Notes under the pieces: generated by a model
Databases searched by the model: none
The model's input: only the letters and a program-made list of their open reading frames with translations
Told to the model about the DNA's origin: nothing
Shown here: positions 12,790 through 23,043 of the stretch, in pieces
Layout of the letters: each line of letters begins with the position of its first letter
Position numbering within the stretch: position 1 is the stretch's first letter
Assembly: GCF_006345805.1 (NCBI RefSeq)
Contig: NW_021833750.1
Location: forward strand, 1 to 60,972
Direction of reading: 5' to 3'
Length of the DNA: 60,972 nucleotides
From: Octopus sinensis
Taxonomy: Eukaryota
Made by a program: the position numbers and the translations under genes

Positions 12790-12792
<3 letters not shown>
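10746..12792 (+). mobile_element. Young 5'-truncated R4/Dong-clade non-LTR retrotransposon (RT, CCHC finger, REL endonuclease), family A
   Basis: 584-aa ORF 10758-12512 with WIDYKKAFDS, GIFQGDTLSP, YMDDLK, CRIC..ETINHIISSC, RPDIVV..LIDVS..EKLSKY; one premature TGA at 12510, then the frame continues; (AAT)n on both sides. Confidence 0.95.
10758..12512 (+). CDS. Retrotransposon RT/REL-endonuclease ORF (5'-truncated, premature stop near the C-terminus)
   Basis: Longest ORF in the window; canonical non-LTR RT motifs and PD-(D/E)xK-like RPD..D..EK. Confidence 0.85.
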   Translation: MIDKAITEDSHRKKKGLSMAWIDYKKAFDSIPHTWILETLAINKVAPTIIKFIEHSMNKWQTVLHLQTKEGLMKTKDIPIRRGIFQGDTLSPLLFCLALSPLSDMLNRTGCGYKSYGKTISHLLYMDDLKLYAANDKQLETLLKTVHGFTKEIDMKFGLEKCAKVTMKRGKLVKSNNITLDEANEIKELDQSQTYKYLGIHELDKTQHTQMKEKIKKEYYRRVRSILNTELNAKNKIIGINTLAVPVISYSYNILNWTRNELTKVDRKTRKIMTGSRMHHPKSDIERLYIQRIEGGRGLIQLENYYKITTIGLQKYLLQKEGKLIQIAAKHEQNKKLFSVFKEADKYKQEIIPPNKHEEEEEEDEETTKAIKQMKSKLKIEQQRTMIKRWQEKPLHGKYWTKLNAKEIDKEKSQQWLRSSGLKAETEGFLIAAQDQSLPTRNYQEHVMKRITSNCRICGDGQETINHIISSCPVLAKKEYIHRHFRVGTYIHWKLCQHYGITTEKRWYRHTPEKVTENEKATILWDMPIHTDREITANRPDIVVRDHEEKKCFLIDVSVPADDNVSLKEMEKLSKYKDLEIEVT

Positions 12793-12857
<65 letters not shown>

Positions 12858-12876
12858 GCAAATATTCTGCTCAATA

Positions 12877-13294
12877 GGCGCAGGAGTGGCTGTGTGGTAA
12901 GTAGCTTGCCAACCAACCACATGGTTCCGGGTTCAGTCCCACTGCGTGGCATCTTGGGCAAATGACTTCTGCTATAGCCCCGGGCCGACCAAAGCCTTGT
13001 GAGTGGATTTGGTAGACGGAAACTGAAAGAAGCCCGTCGTATATATGTATATATGTATGTGTGTGTGTGTGTTTGTGTGTCTGTGTTGGTTCCCCTAGCA
13101 TTGCTTGACAACCGATGCTGGTGTGTTTATGTCCCCGTTACTTAGCGGTTCGGCAAAAGAGACCGATAGGATAAGTACTGGGCTTACAAAAAGAATAAGT
13201 TCCGGGGTCGAGTTGCTCGATTAAAGGCGGTGCTCCAGCATGGCCGCAGTCAAATGACTGAAACAAGCAAAAGAGCAAAAGAGTAAAAAGAATA
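12877..13294 (+). mobile_element. Full-length tRNA-derived SINE inserted into element Y
   Basis: Head GGCGCAGGAGTGGCTGTGTGG..GGGTTCAGTCCC, tail (AAAAGAG)n, AATA on both sides, host Y sequence resumes exactly. Confidence 0.85.
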
Positions 13295-13759
13295 CCACAG
13301 ATTTGCTTGTCAGTTGTTTGACCTTAACCATTTGAGCATGTCCCTTAGTGGCTGACGATATGTGCATCTCTGATCACGAGCAGAAGTAGTGGGGGAGCAT
13401 CATAGCCATGTGTTGAGAGGGATTCTTTGGGGTTTGAATAATTCACCTCTGGAAACATGGGTGGTTCTTTCAACATTCTTAAACAACCCTTATTCAGGGA
13501 CCATTTGAGCGGGATAGGCTACTCAACCTGAAGAAAATTCTAACTGGGCCCCACCTGCAAGGTCATGTGCTGTTTATCTTGATATGAGATCACCATGACG
13601 CGCACATATAGTTGTAATGCATGTGCCTGGTGTACCCTTTTCAGACGGGTAGTCATGATGGGTATATTGGGCTACGTATATTTTACCCCAGTGTCACTTT
13701 GATGGCATGCACTGCTCTCTCACTCAATAATAATAATAATAGTAATAGTAATAATAATA

Positions 13760-13798
<39 letters not shown>

Positions 13799-13882
13799 TA
13801 ATAATAATAATAATAATAATAATGATAATATAATAATAATAATAATAAATAATAATAATAATATAATAATAATAATAATAAT

Positions 13883-13916
<34 letters not shown>

Positions 13917-13940
13917 TAATAATAATAATAATAATAATAA

Positions 13941-14494
13941 ATGCCCTGATGCAGTACCAGGCAGTGGCTCTCATGGCTTCTGATCTTAACTGATTGGAAT
14001 TGTTATGTACATTGTTTTGTCTTGGTATAAAAGATGGGCTACAGCAAATATTCTGCTCAATACCACAGATTTGCTTGGTCAGTTGTTTGACCTTAACCAG
14101 TTGAGCATGTCCCTTAGTGGCTGACGATATGTGCATCTCTGATCACGAGCAGAAGTAGTGGGGGAGCATCATAGCCATGTGTTGAGAGGGATTCTTTGGG
14201 GTTTGAATAATTCACCTCTGGAAACATGGGTGGTTCTTTCAACATCCTTAAACAACCCTTATTCAGGGACCGTTTGAGCGGGATGGGCTACTCAACCTGA
14301 AGCAAATTCTAACTGGGCCCCACCTGCAAGGTCATGTGCTGTTTATCTTGATATGAGATCACCATGTCGCGCACATATGGTTGTGATGCATGTGCCTGGT
14401 GTACCCTTATCAGACGGGTAGTCATGATGGGTATATTGGGCTTCGTATATTTTACCCCAGTGTCACTTTGATAGCATGAACTGCTCTCTCACTC
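13941..14494 (+). mobile_element. Element Y: about 550-bp non-coding (AAT)n-flanked retroposon; other copies at 12858-13725 (split by SINE), 26150-26728 (-), and partial at 52575-52777 and 54373-54590
   Basis: Five related copies; 3' end ...CTCTCTCACTC(AAT)n wherever present; no ORF. Confidence 0.75.
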
Positions 14495-14522
14495 AATAAT
14501 AATAATAATAATAATAATAATA

Positions 14523-14690
14523 AACATGCTTCCTCATTGATATGACTGTCCCAATCGATGTAAACGTATCTGTCAAGACCTGCCAGAAACTGAGCAAATA
14601 TAAAGATCTGGAAATAGAAATCAGCAAAATGTGGAACCTGAAAACTAAAACAATACCTGTTGCCATAGGTGCCCTGGGATTTGTTGAAGA
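14523..14690 (+). mobile_element. R4/Dong-type endonuclease fragment, family C (longer partner at 25515-26062, minus)
   Basis: [45 protein letters not shown]. Confidence 0.85.
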
Positions 14691-14942
14691 AGAAGAAGAA
14701 GAAGAAGAAGAAGAAGAAGAAGAAGAAGAAGAAGAAGAAGAAGAAGAAGAAGAAGAAGAAGAGAAGAAGAAGAAGAAGAAGAAGAAGAAAGGGATGAACG
14801 TTATTCCTCATATCCCGCAAATATCATTAATAAAAGCATAGATAGACACGTGAGGAATATATTTCAATCCTATTCGCTTATTTTACAGCAGTGCGCTACC
14901 CACAGAACGAAGACACAACAACATATACATATAAAATCTGGA

Positions 14943-15058
14943 AGAAAAGTAATGTAGATGAAGATTTGGATACAGCAATAAACTAGCTAACATACATATC
15001 AGAAAAGTAATGTAGATGAAGATTTGGATACAGCAATAAACTAGCTAATATACATATC
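14943..15058. repeat. 58-bp tandem duplication (also present in the right arm at about 25180-25300)
   Basis: Two near-identical adjacent units agaaaagtaatgtag...catatc. Confidence 0.85.
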
Positions 15059-15289
15059 AGAAATAGAAATAGAGCACTTAAAAGGAAATATACACTAGGA
15101 AAACGTAGATAATAATTACACAATAATATCACAATCACTGGGACTATAAAATACGAAAACAGACTAACACATCTATCAAAAACGAAGTAAACAACGAAAG
15201 ACAACAAACCCAAACCGAAGGAATGTATAATGATGAGCAAAATGCACCAGACCAGAACAGCACAGACAAAAATATGAACGGCCGCACTA

Positions 15290-15900
15290 AAAACAACAAG
15301 GCTTTCTACACTCCACCATAACTCTTAGCTTGGTGTCTTCACCCACCAGTATTGTGTCAACAATCTCCTCGAGGTCCGCAGGGGCAGCCTCGATTAGCAT
15401 CTCTAATCTCTGTTCCTGCCAGTTCTGCTGTTTGATTTTGTTTGCTTGGAGGATTATTTTTTCCTCTAAGCCTAAGGTGATTGCCGCCACCAGTCAGGCA
15501 ACGTCGAACTCTGATGGAATATCCTCCTTCCTTAACCTTGGAAGTACGTATACTCAGGTATGTAAGTAGGAAGACCACTTCATTAGTTTTCAGCGGGGTC
15601 GTAGAGAGTTGCCTAGCAACATCTTCGGATGAGAACTGCACTTCCACCATCGCAAAACGTTTGCCCCTGGCAAGATATACTATATCTTTCCAGATAAGCC
15701 TCAGACACATTTTCAGCTCTTCTTTCGTCACCATGTCGAGCCTTTTGTTTTTCATAGAGAGGATTTTAAAAATCACCGTTTTTCGAGAAGTTGTAATTAG
15801 TCAATTCGATCGCGCTCCTCCTTATGAAGAAGACCTTTAAATTTATCAAGTTAATTCCTTTCGATATTCGTTGGTGAGGCTAGTCATCGCTGCGAAATTG
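15290..15900 (-). mobile_element. Tx1/L1-like ORF1 fragment (RRM-like region and start of zinc knuckle); partial partner at 24618-24960
   Basis: VYLARGKRFAMVEVQFSSE and LRVMVEGRKPCCFKCG in frameshifted ORFs. Confidence 0.5.
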
Positions 15901-16199
15901 CTTACTTTTTTGCTTCAATCATATTGTCGTTGTTTTCCTTCTGTATTATTTTATCCAAAATTTTAACACACAGACCATTCCTCTTTAGAGGAATCGACGT
16001 CAGTTGAACTCACGTCCAGTAATATCACCATCGATTTTTTTTTAACAAAACACAATTGAGTATTTCCCCCTTCAAACAAGTGAGGGAGGGGGATGTCAGC
16101 GTGTCTGCAACAGCGCAGAACAAACAAAGTGTTTTAACAACACGATAACAAAAGCAGTTCAACAAAAAATTCAACAATTACAATAAACAGAACTTTATC

Positions 16200-17470
16200 G
16201 CAAAAACCAGCCAAACTCGAAAAAATGAGAGGGCACGAATTGGTTTTAATTGACCACAAGGGTTGCACACAGGAGGGACAGACAAAGGATCGGGGTGATT
16301 CGTTCCGTTTTTAATGAACATTAAAAATTTCAAAAATCTGAGAAAAAATGATGGCAACGAATGATTATGATGAAGTGGTGGACATGGCTGACCCCACAGA
16401 CCACGTTCTACTACTGAACCATTAAATGATCCTTTTGTCTTCTCTTTAGAAGCTACATACATTCTCAACAAGTATGCCACTTTCATCCATCTTTTCTCGT
16501 ATAAACTTAGTCGTAGGCGACTCCTCTCCAACCTTATTTTCCTTTTCAGTTGGGAAACAAACAGTTTACCAACCACCGGCTGGAGATATAGTCGCCTGTC
16601 ACTACTACTTTCATGCGAGATATCCATACGACCTCTTCCACAATTGCTACTACAGTGAGAAAACAGAACCTTCCCTTCCCCTTTCAGAGAGGACGGTGCA
16701 ACAATTTTATAATTGACTCGGAGCACAGCTGTACTCCTCCCAAATGTGACAACATAAACCCACAACTCTGATAGTTTCGGACACTGCACAATAGCGTGCA
16801 GAACAGTCTCACTGCTCTGCCTGCATCTTGGGCAAGTGGGCTGGCACGAAGAGCCATTCCTTGCGAGTTAATCTTGAACTGGTAAGGTTCCTCGGTAACA
16901 TTGCCAAGCCAGTGATCTTTGGAAGTTATCCAAAAGCCACTTCCCGAATGTCCTTCGGAAAAACCCGCAAGCTGACTATCGTCGAAGCCAAGGGTTTCCC
17001 CCAGGCCATCGTCATACTTGGCCTCTACTAACCCTCTGTAGAATGACGAAATGGAAATCTCGCCGACCGGCATTAGCCATCCGGGAGAGACGTGCGAGAG
17101 CCTGCAGATATTCGGCCTTCCACGCTCCCAACTACGCTTGATCCAAGGCTCTGATTCAATGAAACTAGTGAATCGGAGAAGTATCAGCTTGACGAACAGA
17201 GACGACACCCGCTCACCATCCAGGTAGAGCCAAAAATGACTCAGCCTCTGTGCATTAACAGCCATGGTATCTCTAGCCCACCCTTTAGCTGGTGTTGGCA
17301 GCAGATTAAGCGCCTTACAAGCGGCCCTCTGCCTTTCCCCAAAAAGCGAAAGAGCATCGTTCCAACTTGCTGGCCACGGGGCAAGGTACGACGGTTAGGT
17401 GGTAAGTGATCACAGATGCGATAAACACACTTGCGAGCTCTGCCCTCCCTTTCAGGGATAACCACCGCTC
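16200..17470 (-). mobile_element. Tx1/L1-like LINE, ORF2 3' fragment, decayed
   Basis: LFRFLGKG..PLVRR.ICCQH..KGGL; LKRKIRLER..KRWMKVA is homologous to the copy at 57.4-58.7 kb. Confidence 0.65.
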
Positions 17471-17879
17471 AGACTAGGCCTGGGTTAGGTGATAAAATCC
17501 ATATAATCTCAATATCATGTGTGAAACAAATAATCTTTTACAGTGCGACGCTTCTTTTTTAGTTCAGTATATATGAATAGTTTATAGATTAGAGACAAGT
17601 AGTCTATATATAGGACACACTTTGCATTACTCAAGAGATTTGAACTTGAGCAGATAGAGGAGTAAATACAAGGACAAGCAAGTTAGGCAAGTCGACATAC
17701 AAAAAATATTGTTGTTGTTTGTTCCTTCACGGGCAATGCCTACCTCATAAGGGCCGGTTTCCGGTTTCCTTAACGTAAAGGTTCCCCACCTGGACGGGAC
17801 GCTTATCCGTCACAGGTGAGCTGCTAGATGCAGGAGGAAAGATGCAGAGTGAGAGAAATTATATATATATATATATATT

Positions 17880-19049
17880 CACCCAAAACCGTGGAAAAGT
17901 TCTACTGTAGATTAAGTATTTCCTGGCGAATAGAACACAACATGTTGTAGTTGATGGAGTCCACTCAAGCCCAGCAAAAGTCGACAGCGGTGTCCCCCAG
18001 GGGAATGTCTTGGGCCCGCTACTCTTCATAATTTACATAAACAACTTTTCCAGTGTCGTACATTACTGCAAAATGAAAAATTTGCTGATGACACTAAGCT
18101 CCAGCAAATCGTCAATGAAGAAGCAGAGCGAACTCAACTCCAGTCTGATCTATATGCTGTGAGTCAATGGGCAGACAGAAACAAAATGCAACTGAACGAG
18201 GGAAAATTTGAGCTGATGCATTTTACAAGTAATTCCTCACTAAAACAGCCATACTCTCTTCCTTCAGGGGAACCGCTCACAGTCTCTAACAATATCAGAC
18301 ACCTGGGTGTAATTGTTGATGACGATCTCAGTTGGAGTGCACACATCAACAATAAGGTCGATATAGCTCGTAGGATGAGTTCCTGGATCTTAAGAACTTT
18401 CCGGTCCAGAGAACAAGGTGTCATCATACCACTTTTCTCCTCCTTTGTACGGCCACACCTCGAATACTGCTGCCCACTGTGGTCACCCCATACAAGATAA
18501 AACATCTCGAGGATTGAATCACCCTAGAGGGCACTCACTAAACGAATTGAAGGCATGGATGCTCTCGATTATTGGGATCGCCTTAAAGCCTTGAAACTCT
18601 ACTCTCTCCAGCGTCGCCGTGAGCGGTACATCATTTGTACGATGTGGAGAATATACCGCCAAACGACCTGAACATTAGCTTCAAGGTTCATCCAAGACTG
18701 GGACCACGGTCCATACGTCCCCTGCCCAATTCAAGATCACAGCATACATGTAGACTGCAACATAATTTCTTTTCCTCAACAGGCCCTGCCCTATTTAACA
18801 TTGTCCCGAAAGAGATCAAAGAGGAAAAGGATCCCATCAACTTTAAACGGAGTCTGGATAGATTCCTTCAAGGAATACCAGATAAGTCACCCATGATTGA
18901 ATACAACTCACCCAACAAAAACTCACTACTTGAATGGACCATAAACAAAACTTGACTTAAACAGGATTCACATAATCCTATCAGGTGGTGCTATTAAGTT
19001 AGACATGGCCTAGTCCAATCTTTGGTCGAAACATATCTAAGTTTATCTA

Positions 19050-19055
<6 letters not shown>
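17880..19055 (+). mobile_element. CR1-clade LINE 3' fragment
   Basis: SGVPQGNVLGPLLFIIYIN, ADDTKL, LGVIVDDDLSW, VRPHLEYCCPLWSP; 3' tail (ATCTAAGTTT)2. Confidence 0.9.
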
Positions 19056-19084
<29 letters not shown>

Positions 19085-19092
<8 letters not shown>

Positions 19093-19240
19093 AGTGAATT
19101 GAAGAAATGGAGTTGAACGAAGATTGAACAGAAATCGTTTTATTGCATTCTACACGTGTTTCGAAACACGTGTAGAATGCAATAAAACGATTTCTGTTCA
19201 ATCTTCGTTCAACTCCATTTCTTCAATTCACTAATAATAT
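19085..19240. repeat. Perfect 156-bp palindrome (78-bp arms, no spacer)
   Basis: Centre TTTC/GAAA between 19162 and 19163; arms are exact reverse complements. Confidence 0.9.
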
Positions 19241-19610
19241 TAAAATTCAATTATCCGCACCAACGCACGGTTGCAACACCATATGGTTGTACCTCCAACC
19301 GTGCTGTCTTCTGCTGTGATTTTTGCTACCAAGGTATCGGTTAAACTTTTGATTAATCTGCAACAAGATTATTCATCTTTCTATTTCACAACATATATAT
19401 ATATATATATACATATATAATAAATAGGGTTCAGCAACGATTTGCTTCACCACATGCCGAAGTTTAGAAATAGCAGTCAAAAAATTCTTCGCTATTCCTT
19501 CTACTTTAAAAGGGGCTTACTTATGCTTACCATGAAATGGTCTTCTTCGTGCTGAATTCTGCTTGGTGAAATTACTGATTACTTTTTAATTAATTAATTT
19601 TACCTTTTGT

Positions 19611-19685
<75 letters not shown>

Positions 19686-19803
19686 GACTTAATTATGTAA
19701 TAACCTGCTCATGAATAGCGATAGCGAAACCGGCCGATATATTAAAAATTATATTAAAACCATGTAAGTGTCTGTATTTTCCTTTTTTAATTTCTTACAT
19801 ATG

Positions 19804-19857
<54 letters not shown>

Positions 19858-20004
19858 AAAAGCAATAAAGATTCAAGTTAATTTAAATGAATTTACTTGA
19901 ATATGGTACCTAACTTAGATGCACCAAAAAAACCTATACTGTTTTAACAATACAGTAATGTGGGGTGATTATAAGCGAGAAAGAAGCAACAAGAATTGAT
20001 AGGT

Positions 20005-20095
20005 TTTTAGTACAATCGTTTCATACAAGGACAGGCTTTATTAAAAGTTGCAAAAATTACAGCATATAAACGTGTCCCGTACTCATCAGCTAAAA
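20005..20095 (-). ncRNA. Type-I hammerhead ribozyme motif (inverted copy)
   Basis: Reverse complement of 20495-20585. Confidence 0.7.
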
Positions 20096-20494
20096 TACAT
20101 GTGAGTTCTCTAGACATCCTAGTGGTTGAGGCTATACTCATGAAGTAATGTAGATAATTAAGTAACATAAACAGATTTCCAAAGTTCATTAAAGTTCTTT
20201 AAAGATGATGTACAGTCTTATCACAGAATTTTAAAAAAGTTTTAATAGCATCACAGAGAAGGTGACCTAATCCATAGTGCACATATGAATTTCCAGAGAT
20301 ATGATGAGGGATTACATACTCACAGAAGACAAATTTATCCATTGTTAATCACAACGAGGTGGGTCTCAATTCCTGCTTATTAGCATTACAGAGAGGGTGA
20401 ATTAACTTTGGAAATCTGTTTATGTTACTTAATTATCTACATTACTTCATGAGTATAGCCTCAACCACTAGGATGTCTAGAGAACTCACATGTA

Positions 20495-20585
20495 TTTTAG
20501 CTGATGAGTACGGGACACGTTTATATGCTGTAATTTTTGCAACTTTTAATAAAGCCTGTCCTTGTATGAAACGATTGTACTAAAA
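20495..20585 (+). ncRNA. Type-I hammerhead ribozyme motif
   Basis: Stem I TTTTAG/CTAAAA, core CTGATGA, extended stem II GTAC-GGGACA/TGTCCT-T-GTAT, GAAA, stem III ACGATTGT, GUA cleavage after 20579. Confidence 0.7.
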
Positions 20586-20616
20586 ACCTATCCATTCTTG
20601 TTGCTTCTTTCTCGCG

Positions 20617-20695
<79 letters not shown>

Positions 20696-22305
20696 ATATA
20701 TGTATATGTGTATTATACTAAATTAGAGATAAACCACTATTAGGCAAATCATACAATGAAAAACTTAAGCCAATACATAAGATTAATTAATTTATATTAT
20801 TTTAAATATATATCAAAATTATTAAAAAAAGATAATTAGTATAACACTACGATCGTTTCATGGCTGTCCAATTCGTAAAAATTCGAGTTACAGTCATTCT
20901 TTAGGTGATTGAAATATCTAAAACATAATCAGAAATATTTAAACAATATTTTAAAGATATAAATAATATATATAATATAATAGTTTTACTTATAATAAAC
21001 TCTGTTATCAAACTAGAGACATAGAACTTAACAATTATGATTATATCCAAATCGACTATAATGTTAAATATTAATTTTAATTTATAAGGTAGGAAACCCA
21101 CCCAAAATCTAATATCAATATTAGTCTATATCTAATTACATAAATATTCAAAATGACTAATATATATAAATTATCAATGAAACTATATAAATGTATATAA
21201 ATATTATAATTAAGATCTAAAATAATCTCTATAAATAATTGTATATGCACATATAATAAAAACCTAATAAATTTAATTTTTCATATTTAAAGATGAAATA
21301 GCTAATTTCAAAATACAAATAAACTAACTTAAACGAACTTTCGGAAATCATATGTAGAATACTTTTAGAAATAATCAATTCGTAGTAATATAGTATCGAA
21401 TAAATACTATAAGTACTATAAATATAATTATGAATGGGAATAATTATCGAATATAAATTTAAAGAAATATCTAAGTTATGCTATTAAATTAGACATGGCC
21501 TGGACCAATCTTTTGTCGAAACATATCTAAGTTTATCAAAGTTTATCTAATTTAATTATAAATTTAAAACTACAATTAATACTATTAAAACATGTATATA
21601 CAAAGCCTAACTTAATACACCTCGTATGCTTGCTATCAAATAATAAATTTATCGCTAAGAAGTATCTTACGAATAAACTTAAATTTAATATCTAATAATA
21701 TAGAAAATTACGATAATTAGATCATTACATAAACAACGATATTTACATAAGGAGAATATTATTACTCCAAAGGCTTATACAATATTAAAATTTACAATTT
21801 GAAGATCTTAAATAAATACATACTTAACTTAGCGAGGTTTAATCAAGGAACTAATATTTTACAGCGTTTATAATAATACTCGTGGAATTACGTTATTAGC
21901 AAAAAAAAAAGAATAAATTGTTGAAGATTTCATTACGCGTGAGGAACCTACGTTTTATTAAAGATTGTGAATGGGAAAATTATTTGTTTATCATTGTAAA
22001 AATAATGAAGTCACAAATAAAGAATAAAATCTCTCTATACTATAATATTTATTAATAAAATAACTATGATAAATGAAACTTAATACAAAATAAATTAAAT
22101 GATTTAAATGATTAAAAACCACTAATTATTAAATATATTCTTAAAATCTTATAAGATTAATAAATATATAAAAATTAATTTATATAGTAACCCCTCTACA
22201 TACAATAAATTCTTTTCCATGCCCTTATAATTATAAGCTAAAATTAGTGATCATAACAAAATCTATAAATACTTATCAAAATTTGTAGTATAACTATACT
22301 ACAAG

Positions 22306-22715
22306 TGGAGTGGCTGTGTGGTAAGTAGCTTGCTAACCAGCCACATGGTTCCGGGTTCAGTCCCACTGCGTGGCATCTTGGGCAAGTGTCTTCTGCTATA
22401 GCCCCGGGCCGACCAATGCCTTGTGAGTGGATTTGGTGGACGGAAACTGAAAGAAGCCAGTCGTATATATGTATATATATGTATGTATGTGTGTGTGTTT
22501 GTGTGTCTGTGTCTGTCCTCCTAGCATTGCTTGACAACCGATGCTGGTGTGTTTGCGTCCCCGTCACTTAGCGGTTCGGCAAAAGAGACCGATAGAATAA
22601 GTACTGGGCTTACGAAGAATAAGTCCTGGGGTCGATTTGCTCGACTGAAGGCGGTGCTCCAGCATGGCCGCAGTCAAAATGACTGAAACAAGTAAAAGAG
22701 AAAAGAGAAAGAGAA
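22306..22715 (+). mobile_element. tRNA-derived SINE, same family as 12877-13294
   Basis: Direct homology over about 400 bp including tail. Confidence 0.85.
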
Positions 22716-22787
22716 TACGTATATATAAATATATAAGAAAATATACATACATATACATATATATATACATATATATATACATATACA

Positions 22788-23043
22788 AGGGAAGCCTTGT
22801 ATACGACATCAATGGATACTTTCGGCACGAGAGAAAGGCAAAACCCAGATTGGTTCAATGCTGGGCTCTCAGAGCTGGAGCCAGTTATCGAAGCAAAGCG
22901 TGCAGCTCTGATGCAATACAAGAGTGACTCTTCTACAAAGTCACTCGAAGAACTCAGAAAGGCACGAAATAAAACCCAACTGACAGCCAGACGCTGTGCA
23001 AATAGGTATTGGCAGGAAATCTGTCAGAGTAACCATTCAGCTG
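22788..23043 (+). mobile_element. RTE-clade LINE internal fragment (EN-RT linker)
   Basis: DTFGTRERQNPDWF...ELRKARNK.Q..ARRCANRYW. Confidence 0.75.

Larger units (their letters stand above)
1..15619. repeat. Left arm of large inverted duplication (partner 24618-33354)
   Basis: Co-linear reverse-complement matches: 1-1822 to 31553-33354; 6870-10745 to 26730-31552; 13941-15619 to 24618-26728. Confidence 0.95.
19975..20615. mobile_element. PLE 3' remnant with inverted pLTR (arms about 19975-20190 / 20400-20615)
   Basis: Near-perfect 215-bp inverted arms; spacer has a frameshifted EDKFI..L.T..GLN PLE endonuclease tail. Confidence 0.75.

Noticed and set aside
12877-12960. tRNA gene candidates (also 22306, 30334, 45879)
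   Set aside because: tRNA-like heads continue into SINE bodies and tails and lack a full cloverleaf.
19704-19742. CTCATGA..GCGAAACCGGCC as a hammerhead
   Set aside because: Core, stem I and stem III are all broken; at most a relic.
20700-22300. Mitochondrial insertion (NUMT)
   Set aside because: AT-rich, but no mitochondrial gene or rRNA motif was recognised.
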